Origin: Collinsella sp.
Lineage (GTDB): Bacteria > Actinomycetota > Coriobacteriia > Coriobacteriales > Coriobacteriaceae
Reading direction: 5' to 3'
DNA: 24,000 bases
Assembly: GCA_036304065.1 (NCBI GenBank)
Contig: JAXIZI010000035.1
Location: 7,626-31,625, forward strand
The notes under the pieces are model-generated. The model was not told where the DNA came from. It made no database searches and saw nothing but the letters and a program-made list of their open reading frames with translations. Numbering within the stretch: the stretch's first letter is position 1; every line of letters starts with the position of its first letter. Shown one piece after another: positions 1-7,573 of the stretch. The translations under genes were made by a program, and so were the position numbers.

Positions 1-39
1 GCCCGCCTCTTTCCGTTGTGCGATTTCGATTTCCCACGG

Positions 40-135
40 CTAGTCCCGGTCGTCGTCGCCGGCTGCGCAGCAGGCGTAGGCCGTGAGCGTGAGGAGCCCC
101 ATGAGGAGCCCTATTCCGAAGGGCGCGAATCCCAT
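40..135 (-). CDS. Possible 31-aa small hydrophobic peptide (MGFAPFGIGLLMGLLTLTAYACCAAGDDDRD)
   Basis: An internal ATG of track ORF 40..642 is preceded by a strong SD (GAAGGAGGTGGAAGG-ATG). The product is one predicted TM helix plus an acidic tail. It overlaps the sortase 3' end by 25 nt in another frame. The longer track ORF is an R/G-rich shadow. Confidence 0.3.
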   Translation of the reverse strand: MGFAPFGIGLLMGLLTLTAYACCAAGDDDRD

Positions 136-842
136 CCTTCCACCTCCTTCGCGTAGACGACGGTGCGCGAGTTGCTCGTCTGGTAGCTGCACGTCACGAA
201 GGCCCAGGCCTGCGCGACGTCCGCCGGCTCTTCCAGGACGACCTCGCACCGGGACAATTTGTCCCCGAGGTAGGCGTCGAGCTCCGCAGCGTCGGCGAAG
301 TCGGTCCGCTTGCCCTCCGAGCTCGCGTCGACCACGTCGGCCGCGAAGACCTCGAGCTCGATCTCCTTCTCGCGGGTGTAGACCCGGATGGTGCGGTGCC
401 CCTCGGCGAAGCCGCGCGACGAGTACTGCGCGAGCGGCGCGAACATGGTGCCGTCGGACATGTGGTGCCCGTAGACGATGACGAGCGGGCTCTCGGCGCC
501 CTGCGCGCACCCGGCGTCTATGTAGGGAGCGCCCCATGCCGATCTCCCGCCGTCGGAGTCGTGCGTGAGGTAGAAGTCGGGCGATTCCGGCCGGCCCTGG
601 ACGATCGGGTAGTCGACGGTCGTGCCCGGCACGCGCACCCATGCGACGACGGAGGCGGGAAGGGCGTCCCAGTCGATGCCTCCTCCCGTCTCTTTCATCT
701 CCATTGTCGCGTCCTCTTCCGCGGCGGGCACCTCGCGCACCACGTACGGGTTCCTCTCGGGCTGCGGCAGGACGGCGAGCGCCGCCAGCGCCAGCAACGC
801 CACGGCGACGGCGAGCGCCGTGGCGGCTTTCCCTTTGTTCAT
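111..842 (-). CDS. Class B sortase (cysteine transpeptidase)
   Basis: N-terminal TM anchor (AATALAVAVALLALAALAV). Sortase B-like motifs are present: IVYGHHMSDGTMFAPLAQY (His), FVTCSY (catalytic Cys) and NSRTVVYA (Arg). SD GGGGGAGGAG lies before the ATG, and the gene sits directly downstream of the wall-anchored adhesin gene. Confidence 0.85.
   Translation of the reverse strand: MNKGKAATALAVAVALLALAALAVLPQPERNPYVVREVPAAEEDATMEMKETGGGIDWDALPASVVAWVRVPGTTVDYPIVQGRPESPDFYLTHDSDGGRSAWGAPYIDAGCAQGAESPLVIVYGHHMSDGTMFAPLAQYSSRGFAEGHRTIRVYTREKEIELEVFAADVVDASSEGKRTDFADAAELDAYLGDKLSRCEVVLEEPADVAQAWAFVTCSYQTSNSRTVVYAKEVEGWDSRPSE
251..265. repeat. Copy 1 of the 15-bp perfect palindrome GGGACAA-T-TTGTCCC (inside the sortase CDS)
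   Basis: Read directly from the sequence. On the coding strand it is GAC AAA TTG TCC = DKLS, in frame (YLGDKLSRC). Confidence 0.95.
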
Positions 843-914
843 CTCCTCCCCCGTTCGCAGGGGAGGCCCCGGGCGGGCGCCCAGGGCCTCCGGTTCGGTG
901 TCGATGCGGCGCTG

Positions 915-3656
915 CTATTCTTCTGGCTTTTCAGCAGGCTCTTCGGCCGCCTCGTCCTTGCTTGCGCCGGCCGTCTTGCGCTTGCGGTACGCGAGCGCCC
1001 CGCCCGCGCCCGCCGCAGCTGCCAGAGCGATGCCCGCGGCCGCGGCGTAGCCGGTGGCGTCGGGGGCGTCGGCCCCGGTCTTGGCGTAGGGCTCCTCGGG
1101 CACCTCGGGCGTGTCGGGGTTGTCCACGACGACGCTCTGCTCGGCGGAGCCGATGTCCTCGTGGGTCGCAACGACGTTGCCGGCGGAGTCCAGGACCTTC
1201 TCGAAGACGACGAGCTCGTCTCCCTCGGCCAGGCCCTCGGTGTCGAACTCGAAGGTCACCTCGACGGTGCCGGAGGGCGCCTCGGGCTCGAAGGGCGTGC
1301 GCGCGGTCACCTCGTTGCCGTCCTTGTCGAGGAACGGCTCTCCGGTGCCCTTGTCCATGAGCGTGCCCACGGCGATGTAGGTCTCGCCGGGGACGAGGCC
1401 CTTGTAGGCCACCGTGTCGACGACCTTGGCCTTGCCGGCCTCGATGACCTGGTCGCCGTCTGCGGCGTCGGCCGCCTGGGTGCCCACCTCGACGGCGACG
1501 TGGACGGTCTGCCCCTCGTCGGAGAGGTCCGCGTGCGACGCCACCTCGGCGCCGTCCTTGCGAAGGCTCTCGAACACGACCAGGTCGCGGCCGCCGAGCA
1601 GGCTCGCGTCGAAGGAGATCTCTACGTCCTGGCTGCCCGTCGAGAGCGCGGGCGCGAACTCGGCCTTGGCCCCCACGGGCTTGCCCGAGGCGTCGGCCAC
1701 GGGCTCGCCGGTCGCCTTGTCGACGAGGGTCGCCGAGAGCTCGTACTCCTCGCCGGCCTTCAGCCCCTCGTAGGCCACCGCGTCGACGACCTTGGCCTCG
1801 GCGTCGGCCGAGACGTCCTTGTCGCCGTCCGCCCCGTCCTTTGCCGTGGTGGAGATGCGCGGGCCCTCCTGGTCGTCGAGGCCCATCCACACGGCCTTCG
1901 CGACCGTCGAGTCGCGATCGACCCAGAAGCTCCTCGTGATGAGCTCGAGGCCCTCGTTGGCATCGCAGCGCAGCTCGGTCATGGTGTAGGCGCCGTACGG
2001 CAGCGCCGCCAGCGAGTCGTCGACCGGCGCCGAGGAGCCGTCCTCGCCGAGCGAGAACCAGATGCCGGCCTTCGGGTCCATTTCGGCGGCCCCGATCGGG
2101 CCCTCATGGCCGAGCAGGGCGTCGTTGGCGTTGGTGTCCCTCGAGTGCCTGTTCCAGCTGCTCGCGGTCGACGCGTCGCCGTTGCGGTCCGTGACCAGCA
2201 CGTGAGTCTCGCCGGTTGCCTCGTTCTCGATGGCGAACGGGACCATGAGGCCGGCGTTGTCGGACTCGCTCTTCTTGGAGAGCTCGAGGTCGTTGCGCAC
2301 CACCTGGTCGCGGAACTCGAGCGCGTCGCCGTCCTCGGAGGCGCTCACGATCTCGCCGCCGGCGCGGACCTCGAAGGTGCGGGGCTCGCCGTCGGTCAGC
2401 AGGTAGCTCCCGTTCGTCGCCGTCTCCCGCACGTCGTAGGTCCCGTACGGCAGTGCGTCGGCCGCGGTCTGCGCGGTGTAGGCGCCGGCCTCGTCGTTCC
2501 ATGCGGTGGTCAGCGTGGCCACGGCCTCGCCCGGCTCGCGCCACTCGCCGTCAACGAGGACCTTGTGCGCCGAGCGGTTCGTGACGGTGAACTCGATCCC
2601 GTCGAGGCCGGGGTGCTCGCCAGGCGCCTCCTTGTGGGCGCTGCCCGCGAGCGCCTCGGACGCCTGCAGCTCCTTGTCGGACTTGGTCACCTGCACGCCG
2701 CCGCGGAAGACCTCGTCGGTCACGGGGTCGCCCGTGAGGTCGCATACCTCGCCGGCCTTCACGGTGAACGCGACGGGGGCGTCGCTGGCGTCGTAGCCCT
2801 CGGGCGCGCCGGACTCGACGATGCGGTAATTGCCCGCGGGAAGCGCGTCGGCGCCGGTCGCGGCGACGTGCGACCCGTCCTCGGGCGCGGTCTTGATCGT
2901 GGCGCACGCCTCGCCGTCGGCGTAGTACTCGCCGCCGACCAGCACGTAGCGGCCGGTCTCGTTCACGACGGAGAAGCTCGCGCCGTCGAGCGAGGCGTCG
3001 CCCTGGGGCTCGGCGCCCGCCTCGGAGTCCGTTTTGGCTACCTTGACTCCGCCCGTGGACCAGCTGAAGCTCACGAGTGTCTGGGAGCCGCCGCCGGTCC
3101 TGACGCAGAACGCGTCGAACCCGGCGGAGACCCTGCCGGCGCCCGCCTTCATCTTGGCGAAGGTCCCGCCGATCAGCTCGGATTTCGCCCAGGAGGCGAA
3201 CTCGGCGCTCGTGCCGTGCGTGGCAGCCGACTCGGACCCAGAGTAGGCGTAGGCGATGAGCACATGGCTCGCCGCGGCGTACTTCGCGTCGTCCCAGCCG
3301 CCGCCGTCGTACCAGCTGCCCGGGAACATCGACGCGTCGAAGCCGGGAGAGCCGAACGAGTACCAGATCGCCGCTGTCACGTCGCCGCTCGGCACGGGGC
3401 TCGTCGAGTAGGAGCCCGGCTCGGGCGTCGGGGACGAGGGCTCGGCGCAGTAGGCGATGTTCCCGTCGGCGCTCATCCATGTGGTGGCGAAGCCGCCGTA
3501 GGGGATCTTGCCGCCTATGGACACGTCGACCGTGCTCGGCGCGGCGTAGGCGGGCGAGGCCGCCACGGAGGCGAGCAGCGCCCCCGCCGCCAGGATGAGC
3601 GCCATGGCGCATCGGAGGAGCTTTTCCTGCAGGGTGCAGTCTTTCGCTGCGTTCAT
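915..3656 (-). CDS. Wall-anchored adhesin: signal peptide, thioester (TQXA-type) domain, Cna-B/SpaA-like domains, two VaFE repeats and a C-terminal sorting signal
   Basis: Signal peptide MALILAAGALLASVAASPAYA. Candidate thioester Cys (NIAYCAEP) and Gln (GGGSQTLVSF). Cna-B-like segments (GASFSVVNETGRYV, GIEFTVTNRSAHKV). Two repeats of about 110 aa end in DLVVFESL and ELVVFEKV. The C-terminus reads PYAKTG, then a hydrophobic stretch, then YRKRK. SD GGGAGGCGGAAAG lies before the ATG. Confidence 0.85.
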   Translation of the reverse strand: MNAAKDCTLQEKLLRCAMALILAAGALLASVAASPAYAAPSTVDVSIGGKIPYGGFATTWMSADGNIAYCAEPSSPTPEPGSYSTSPVPSGDVTAAIWYSFGSPGFDASMFPGSWYDGGGWDDAKYAAASHVLIAYAYSGSESAATHGTSAEFASWAKSELIGGTFAKMKAGAGRVSAGFDAFCVRTGGGSQTLVSFSWSTGGVKVAKTDSEAGAEPQGDASLDGASFSVVNETGRYVLVGGEYYADGEACATIKTAPEDGSHVAATGADALPAGNYRIVESGAPEGYDASDAPVAFTVKAGEVCDLTGDPVTDEVFRGGVQVTKSDKELQASEALAGSAHKEAPGEHPGLDGIEFTVTNRSAHKVLVDGEWREPGEAVATLTTAWNDEAGAYTAQTAADALPYGTYDVRETATNGSYLLTDGEPRTFEVRAGGEIVSASEDGDALEFRDQVVRNDLELSKKSESDNAGLMVPFAIENEATGETHVLVTDRNGDASTASSWNRHSRDTNANDALLGHEGPIGAAEMDPKAGIWFSLGEDGSSAPVDDSLAALPYGAYTMTELRCDANEGLELITRSFWVDRDSTVAKAVWMGLDDQEGPRISTTAKDGADGDKDVSADAEAKVVDAVAYEGLKAGEEYELSATLVDKATGEPVADASGKPVGAKAEFAPALSTGSQDVEISFDASLLGGRDLVVFESLRKDGAEVASHADLSDEGQTVHVAVEVGTQAADAADGDQVIEAGKAKVVDTVAYKGLVPGETYIAVGTLMDKGTGEPFLDKDGNEVTARTPFEPEAPSGTVEVTFEFDTEGLAEGDELVVFEKVLDSAGNVVATHEDIGSAEQSVVVDNPDTPEVPEEPYAKTGADAPDATGYAAAAGIALAAAAGAGGALAYRKRKTAGASKDEAAEEPAEKPEE

Positions 3657-3668
3657 CTTTCCGCCTCC

Positions 3669-4127
3669 CTATCTCTCGACGCTTCGCTGGGCGCGGGGCG
3701 CCTCGTGCTCGGCGGCGCGGCTCGCCTGGCGGGCGTGCTCGGCGCGCTCCGCGAGGTAGCGCGAGCGCCCTGCGTCAACGGCCTCCTTGAGCTGCGCCGG
3801 CATGACCTTCACGGTGTCCTTGACCGCGCGGCCGCCCTCGTCGAGCTCGGGCTGGCCGTCCGGGCCCATCACCGTCTTCCTCAGCCACACCTCGCGGTTC
3901 GCGAGCAGCGGTATGTCTCTGAAGTCGGCCCCCTTGAAGCGGCTCTCGTTCACGAACATGGGGCTGAACTCGTAGCCTCCCACGTCCACGCCGTCGACGA
4001 CGGTGCCCTTGGGAAGGGTCGCCGAGTTGAAGGTCCTGGCCTCGCCGGTCGCGCGGTCGGTGTACTCGATGCCCTCGCGCACGAAGCTCTTGTGCAGCGA
4101 GAGGTACACGTTCTTCCTCTCTTCCAT
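3669..4127 (-). CDS. Hypothetical ICE protein (152 aa), family not recognised
   Basis: The start was moved to the internal ATG (MEERKNVYLSL...), which is preceded by AAAAGGAGGAAAGAC. The composition looks protein-like and the gene is packed between the VirB6-like and adhesin genes. Confidence 0.6.
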   Translation of the reverse strand: MEERKNVYLSLHKSFVREGIEYTDRATGEARTFNSATLPKGTVVDGVDVGGYEFSPMFVNESRFKGADFRDIPLLANREVWLRKTVMGPDGQPELDEGGRAVKDTVKVMPAQLKEAVDAGRSRYLAERAEHARQASRAAEHEAPRAQRSVER

Positions 4128-4236
4128 GTCTTTCCTCCTTTTCGTTTTCAATCGGTCCTTGTCTTCATCCGCCGGGACGCGTGCCCCGGCGCGGCGCCCC
4201 TATCTCATGGCGACCGCCCCCTTCCTCGCTTTTCCG

Positions 4237-5238
4237 CTAGAAGCCGCTCACGATGTCGCGCGCCCAGGAGCCGCTCTTCACGAGGGCCAGGATGAGCAGC
4301 GCGCACATGGCCAGGTACTGCAGCGCGTAGGTGAGCCCGTTCGCGACCGCGTCGGCCGGGGTGCCCGTCCCGGGGTTCGCCCCGGTGAGCCCGCCGAGCA
4401 CGAGCGGGAACGATATGAGCAGCACGAGGATGATGACGCCGGCGATGCAGACCGCCCCGAAGCTCTTCAGGTAGCCGAGGCCTATCTGGCGCGTGGCGTC
4501 CATGCCGAGGAACGCCAGCGGGATCGGGGCGAACGCGGCCATGATGTAGAGCTGGAGCGCGCGGGCCCAGCAGACCACGAGGGCGACGACGTAGGCCGCC
4601 AGCACCACGACCCAGCTGATGAGGCTCACGACGAGCATGGCGATGAGCGACGGGATGTCGTCGTCGGTGGTGACGACGGACACCTCGGGCAGGTCGAGCG
4701 CGCCTCCGGCGCCGAAGAGCGCCTCGACTCGGTCGATGGCGAGCCCGCAGACCTCGTAGATCGACGCCATCAGGTCGAAGCTGTTCTGTATGAGGAACAG
4801 GAACACGGCGAAGAACACCAGGAGGAAGACGACCTCCTTGACGCCGGGAAGGCTCTGGCTGCCGTCCATGCGCTGGGATATCTCGATGAGCTTCAGGGTG
4901 AAGACCAGGCCGAGCACCCCGCACCCGATCGGCAGGATGGCCACCTGCCATACGCCCCGGGCGACGTCGTTCATGGTCAGGTCGCTCGAGCTCGTGAGCA
5001 TGTGCGCGAAGTCGGCCGAGAGGATCCCGTTCGCGCCGATCGACCCGAGCACGCCCGTTTGCGCCTTGAACATCCAGTTGCAGCAGTCGCGCAGGAGGCC
5101 GCACAGCCAATCGTTGACGTCCCCGGCTATGTCGGCGTATGCCGGCTGCGCGGGGACGAGCAGGAGCGCGCAGAGGGCGAATGCCGTCGCGGCGGAGATG
5201 GCGAACGCCCTTCGGCGTCGCGATTCAAGCGCCCGCAC
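4237..5238 (-). CDS. Polytopic membrane protein, VirB6/TrbL-like T4SS channel component
   Basis: At least 6 hydrophobic helices (for example VVFLLVFFAVFLFLIQ, IAMLVVSLISWVVVLAAYVVALVV, GAVCIAGVIILVLLISFPLVLGGL). The N-terminal signal-like segment is RRRRAFAISAATAFALCALLLVPAQPAYA. I place the start at GTG 5238, two nt after the upstream stop, with GGAGG 10 nt upstream. The track start at 5349 would overlap the upstream gene by 109 nt. Confidence 0.7.
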   Translation of the reverse strand: MRALESRRRRAFAISAATAFALCALLLVPAQPAYADIAGDVNDWLCGLLRDCCNWMFKAQTGVLGSIGANGILSADFAHMLTSSSDLTMNDVARGVWQVAILPIGCGVLGLVFTLKLIEISQRMDGSQSLPGVKEVVFLLVFFAVFLFLIQNSFDLMASIYEVCGLAIDRVEALFGAGGALDLPEVSVVTTDDDIPSLIAMLVVSLISWVVVLAAYVVALVVCWARALQLYIMAAFAPIPLAFLGMDATRQIGLGYLKSFGAVCIAGVIILVLLISFPLVLGGLTGANPGTGTPADAVANGLTYALQYLAMCALLILALVKSGSWARDIVSGF

Positions 5239-5240
5239 GG

Positions 5241-5960
5241 CTACATCGCCTCCAGCGAGCCGCCGCGCGAGACCACGGTGACCACCGTCGAGGCGGGGTC
5301 GTCGAGCGTGAAGGTCGTCGACGCGACGTTTCCGGCGTAGTCGAGCCACACCTCCTTGTCCCAGGTGGCTCCCGTCGCCCGCGGGGACACCTCCGCCGCC
5401 TTCCCGGCGACGGCCTCCTCAATGGCGGCGGCGTCCGCGCCCAGCGCCTCGGGGAGGCGGTCGTCGGTGCCGGTCACGGAGAACGCTCCCTCGCGTGCCT
5501 TCTGGGGCGCGTACGTCTGCGTCAGGAGGTCGCATGCCAGGGTGCGGTTGTCCCCGCCGCCCGAGACCTGGATGAGCGACAGGCATCCCGCCTTGTCGCC
5601 GGTTCCCTTGACCTCGATGGGCATGCTGAGCACGCCGCCGGCCTCGGAGGGCTCCTCGGCCGAGAAGAACCAGGCGCGCTCGGTGCCGCCCGCGCTCTCC
5701 ACCATGGCGCCCTCGACGATCCGCAGCGTGGCTGTCGGGTCGTCGGCGCCCGTCCATGCGGTGTTCCAGAGCGCCTCGGCGCCCGAGGCGGCCTTCCCGG
5801 TCGCCGCGTCGGCGCCTGCAGCCGCGGGCTGCTCTTGCTCCTGTGGACTATCCTGCGCGCCTTCCTGCGGGGCGATGGCGCAGCGCGCCGCGCCCGCGCC
5901 GAGCGCCACGACGAGCGCGCTTGCCGCGACGGCGGCCATGACCCTTGACTTTCCCTGCAT
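5241..5960 (-). CDS. Secreted or membrane-tethered ICE protein (239 aa), function unknown
   Basis: N-terminal signal peptide (VMAAVAASALVVALGAGAARC) followed by a low-complexity linker. SD TAGGAGAAACCA lies before the ATG. The gene sits between the hydrolase and VirB6-like genes. Confidence 0.65.
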   Translation of the reverse strand: MQGKSRVMAAVAASALVVALGAGAARCAIAPQEGAQDSPQEQEQPAAAGADAATGKAASGAEALWNTAWTGADDPTATLRIVEGAMVESAGGTERAWFFSAEEPSEAGGVLSMPIEVKGTGDKAGCLSLIQVSGGGDNRTLACDLLTQTYAPQKAREGAFSVTGTDDRLPEALGADAAAIEEAVAGKAAEVSPRATGATWDKEVWLDYAGNVASTTFTLDDPASTVVTVVSRGGSLEAM

Positions 5961-5969
5961 TGGTTTCTC

Positions 5970-7571
5970 CTATCTCGCGGTGAGCGCGCAGCTGAAGCTG
6001 CCGATGCCGCTCGCTATGCGGCACACGTCGCCCGTTCGCGGCTCGTGTATGTACCTGTCGTCGCCGATGTAGATGGCCACGTGGCCCGAGCGGTAGAGGA
6101 TGTCGCCGGGCTTCGCCTCCGAGAGCGGTATGCGCCTGAGCTCCTCGTACTGGGAACCCGTGTAGTGGCTTATGCGGATGCCCGCCTGCGCGTAGCAGTA
6201 TTGCGTGAGTCCGCTGCAGTCGAGCGCCTTGCCGGGGGTCGAGCCTCCCCACACGTAGGGCACGCCGAGCTGGCTGTACGCCGCCTCGACGATCGCGTTC
6301 CCGCTCGCGGATGCGTCCTTCAGGTCCTCGACCGTCATGGAGTCGAGCCGGTAGAGGCCCCATTGCGCCATGATCGACTTCAGGGACTCGACGTAGGACG
6401 AGTCGGTCGCCCAGCCGGCGTCCTTGAGCCCCTCGGCCATCCTGTCCGAGTCGCGCCTCTCGATCGCCTCGCGGATGAGGGCGTTGCCCGAGTAGCGCTC
6501 CGCCTGCAGGAAGACCCTGCTGCGGAAGCGGATGCACTCGGCGTCGCCGGTGAAGCGGATGAAGCTCGCCGTGATCTGGGTGTGCTCGCCGGGCACGTAC
6601 TCCTCGCTGGTGGCCCAGTTCGCCTTGCCGGCCACCTCGGGGCAGCCCGCGTAGCCCGACCACCACTTCATGCCGAAGAGGTTGTGGTCGCGCTCTGCGA
6701 GCTGGCTCATGCGGTCGCCCTGGCCGGACTCCTGGATGATCTGCGCGATGGTGCAGCCCGCCGGGTGCCCGTACTCCTCCTGGCACTCGAGCGCCGCCTC
6801 GACCATCTCGTAGGTGATGTAGGGCGGCAGCCCCTCGAGGCCCCGCTTGGAGGCCGCGTCGTCCCAGAAGCCGAACAGCGCGCTCAGCAGCTGCGCGACG
6901 GCGAGCGCGCAGGCGACGAAGGCCACGATGCCGGCCGCCGCCCCGAGCAGGGCGGGCGCCGCGCCCGAGACCGCGCCCGCGATCGCGGAGGCGGCGCCCT
7001 TCGACCCCGCGGCTCGGGCCGCCTCGCCCGACGCCTGCGCGGCCGCCTGGGCCGCCTGGTGCTTGGCCGGGGCGGTCGCGCCGGCTGCCTCGGGGCCGCG
7101 CGCGCCTCCCTTTGGGGCGCCGAGCGCGGTCGCCGCCTTGCGGCTGCCTTGGGCTGCTTTCTTCGCCTTCCTCTGCCGCAGCCTTCCCGCGGCCTTCTCG
7201 GCCGCGCGCCCCGCGTCGTACATGCCCGAGGCGCCCTCGAGCTCCTCCGAGTCGTCGAGCTGGGAGACGGCCTCCCGGGCGATCGCCAGCTTCGCCGCAT
7301 CGACGCGCGAGCGCATCGCGGCCGCCGCGCGCCGGTCGCCGGCTGGTTGGGACAATTTGTCCCCGAGCCCGCCTTCCGGCGCGTCGGGCCTGGATGGGCG
7401 CCCCTTCGCCGTTGCGGCGGGGCCTCCCGCCTCGTCGAGCGGGCCGGCGCCCTCCGAGACGTTTCCCAGGGCGTCGCGCTCGGTCTCCGCGACGTCGCCC
7501 GCGGTGAGCACGTCGCGGCGCCGCGCCCCGACCACCTCGAGCATCCCGCCGCCCTCGCTCGGGCCGGCCAT
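5970..7571 (-). CDS. T4SS-associated bifunctional peptidoglycan hydrolase (N-acetylglucosaminidase/lysozyme-like domain + NlpC/P60 endopeptidase)
   Basis: An Ala/Gly-rich N-terminal region is followed by one TM helix (LLGAAAGIVAFVACALAVAQLL). FlgJ/glucosaminidase-like motifs are present (IAQIIQESGQG, HNLFGMKWW). NlpC/P60 motifs are present (VPYVWGG, LDCSGLTQYCY, GHVAIYIG, IHEP). The start is set at ATG 7571 (GGAGGAATAGGA-ATG), 3 nt after the VirB4 stop. The track ORF extension to 8279 is a shadow over VirB4. Confidence 0.85.
   Translation of the reverse strand: MAGPSEGGGMLEVVGARRRDVLTAGDVAETERDALGNVSEGAGPLDEAGGPAATAKGRPSRPDAPEGGLGDKLSQPAGDRRAAAAMRSRVDAAKLAIAREAVSQLDDSEELEGASGMYDAGRAAEKAAGRLRQRKAKKAAQGSRKAATALGAPKGGARGPEAAGATAPAKHQAAQAAAQASGEAARAAGSKGAASAIAGAVSGAAPALLGAAAGIVAFVACALAVAQLLSALFGFWDDAASKRGLEGLPPYITYEMVEAALECQEEYGHPAGCTIAQIIQESGQGDRMSQLAERDHNLFGMKWWSGYAGCPEVAGKANWATSEEYVPGEHTQITASFIRFTGDAECIRFRSRVFLQAERYSGNALIREAIERRDSDRMAEGLKDAGWATDSSYVESLKSIMAQWGLYRLDSMTVEDLKDASASGNAIVEAAYSQLGVPYVWGGSTPGKALDCSGLTQYCYAQAGIRISHYTGSQYEELRRIPLSEAKPGDILYRSGHVAIYIGDDRYIHEPRTGDVCRIASGIGSFSCALTAR
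7349..7363. repeat. Copy 2 of the 15-bp palindrome GGGACAA-T-TTGTCCC (inside the hydrolase CDS)
   Basis: Read directly from the sequence. It shares 19 identical nt with copy 1 (GGGACAATTTGTCCCCGAG) and encodes in-frame DKLS (GLGDKLSQP). Confidence 0.95.
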
Positions 7572-7573
7572 TC

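Noticed and set aside
396-4295. A 1299-aa plus-strand ORF, and similar giants (7811..10270 +, 9966..12467 +, 6045..7652 +, 13286..14989 +, 12684..14675 -, 10048..12297 -)
   Set aside because: These are shadow ORFs typical of very GC-rich DNA. Their translations are low-complexity Arg/Gly/Ala/Pro/His strings with no recognisable motifs or SDs. Each is fully overlapped by an ORF with clear domain signatures in another frame or on the other strand.
5239-5349. The ATG at 5349 as the start of the VirB6-like gene
   Set aside because: It would overlap the upstream gene by 109 nt and add an Arg-rich non-membrane leader. GTG at 5238 follows the upstream stop and a GGAGG, and it begins at a signal-peptide-like segment. 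The choice remains uncertain.
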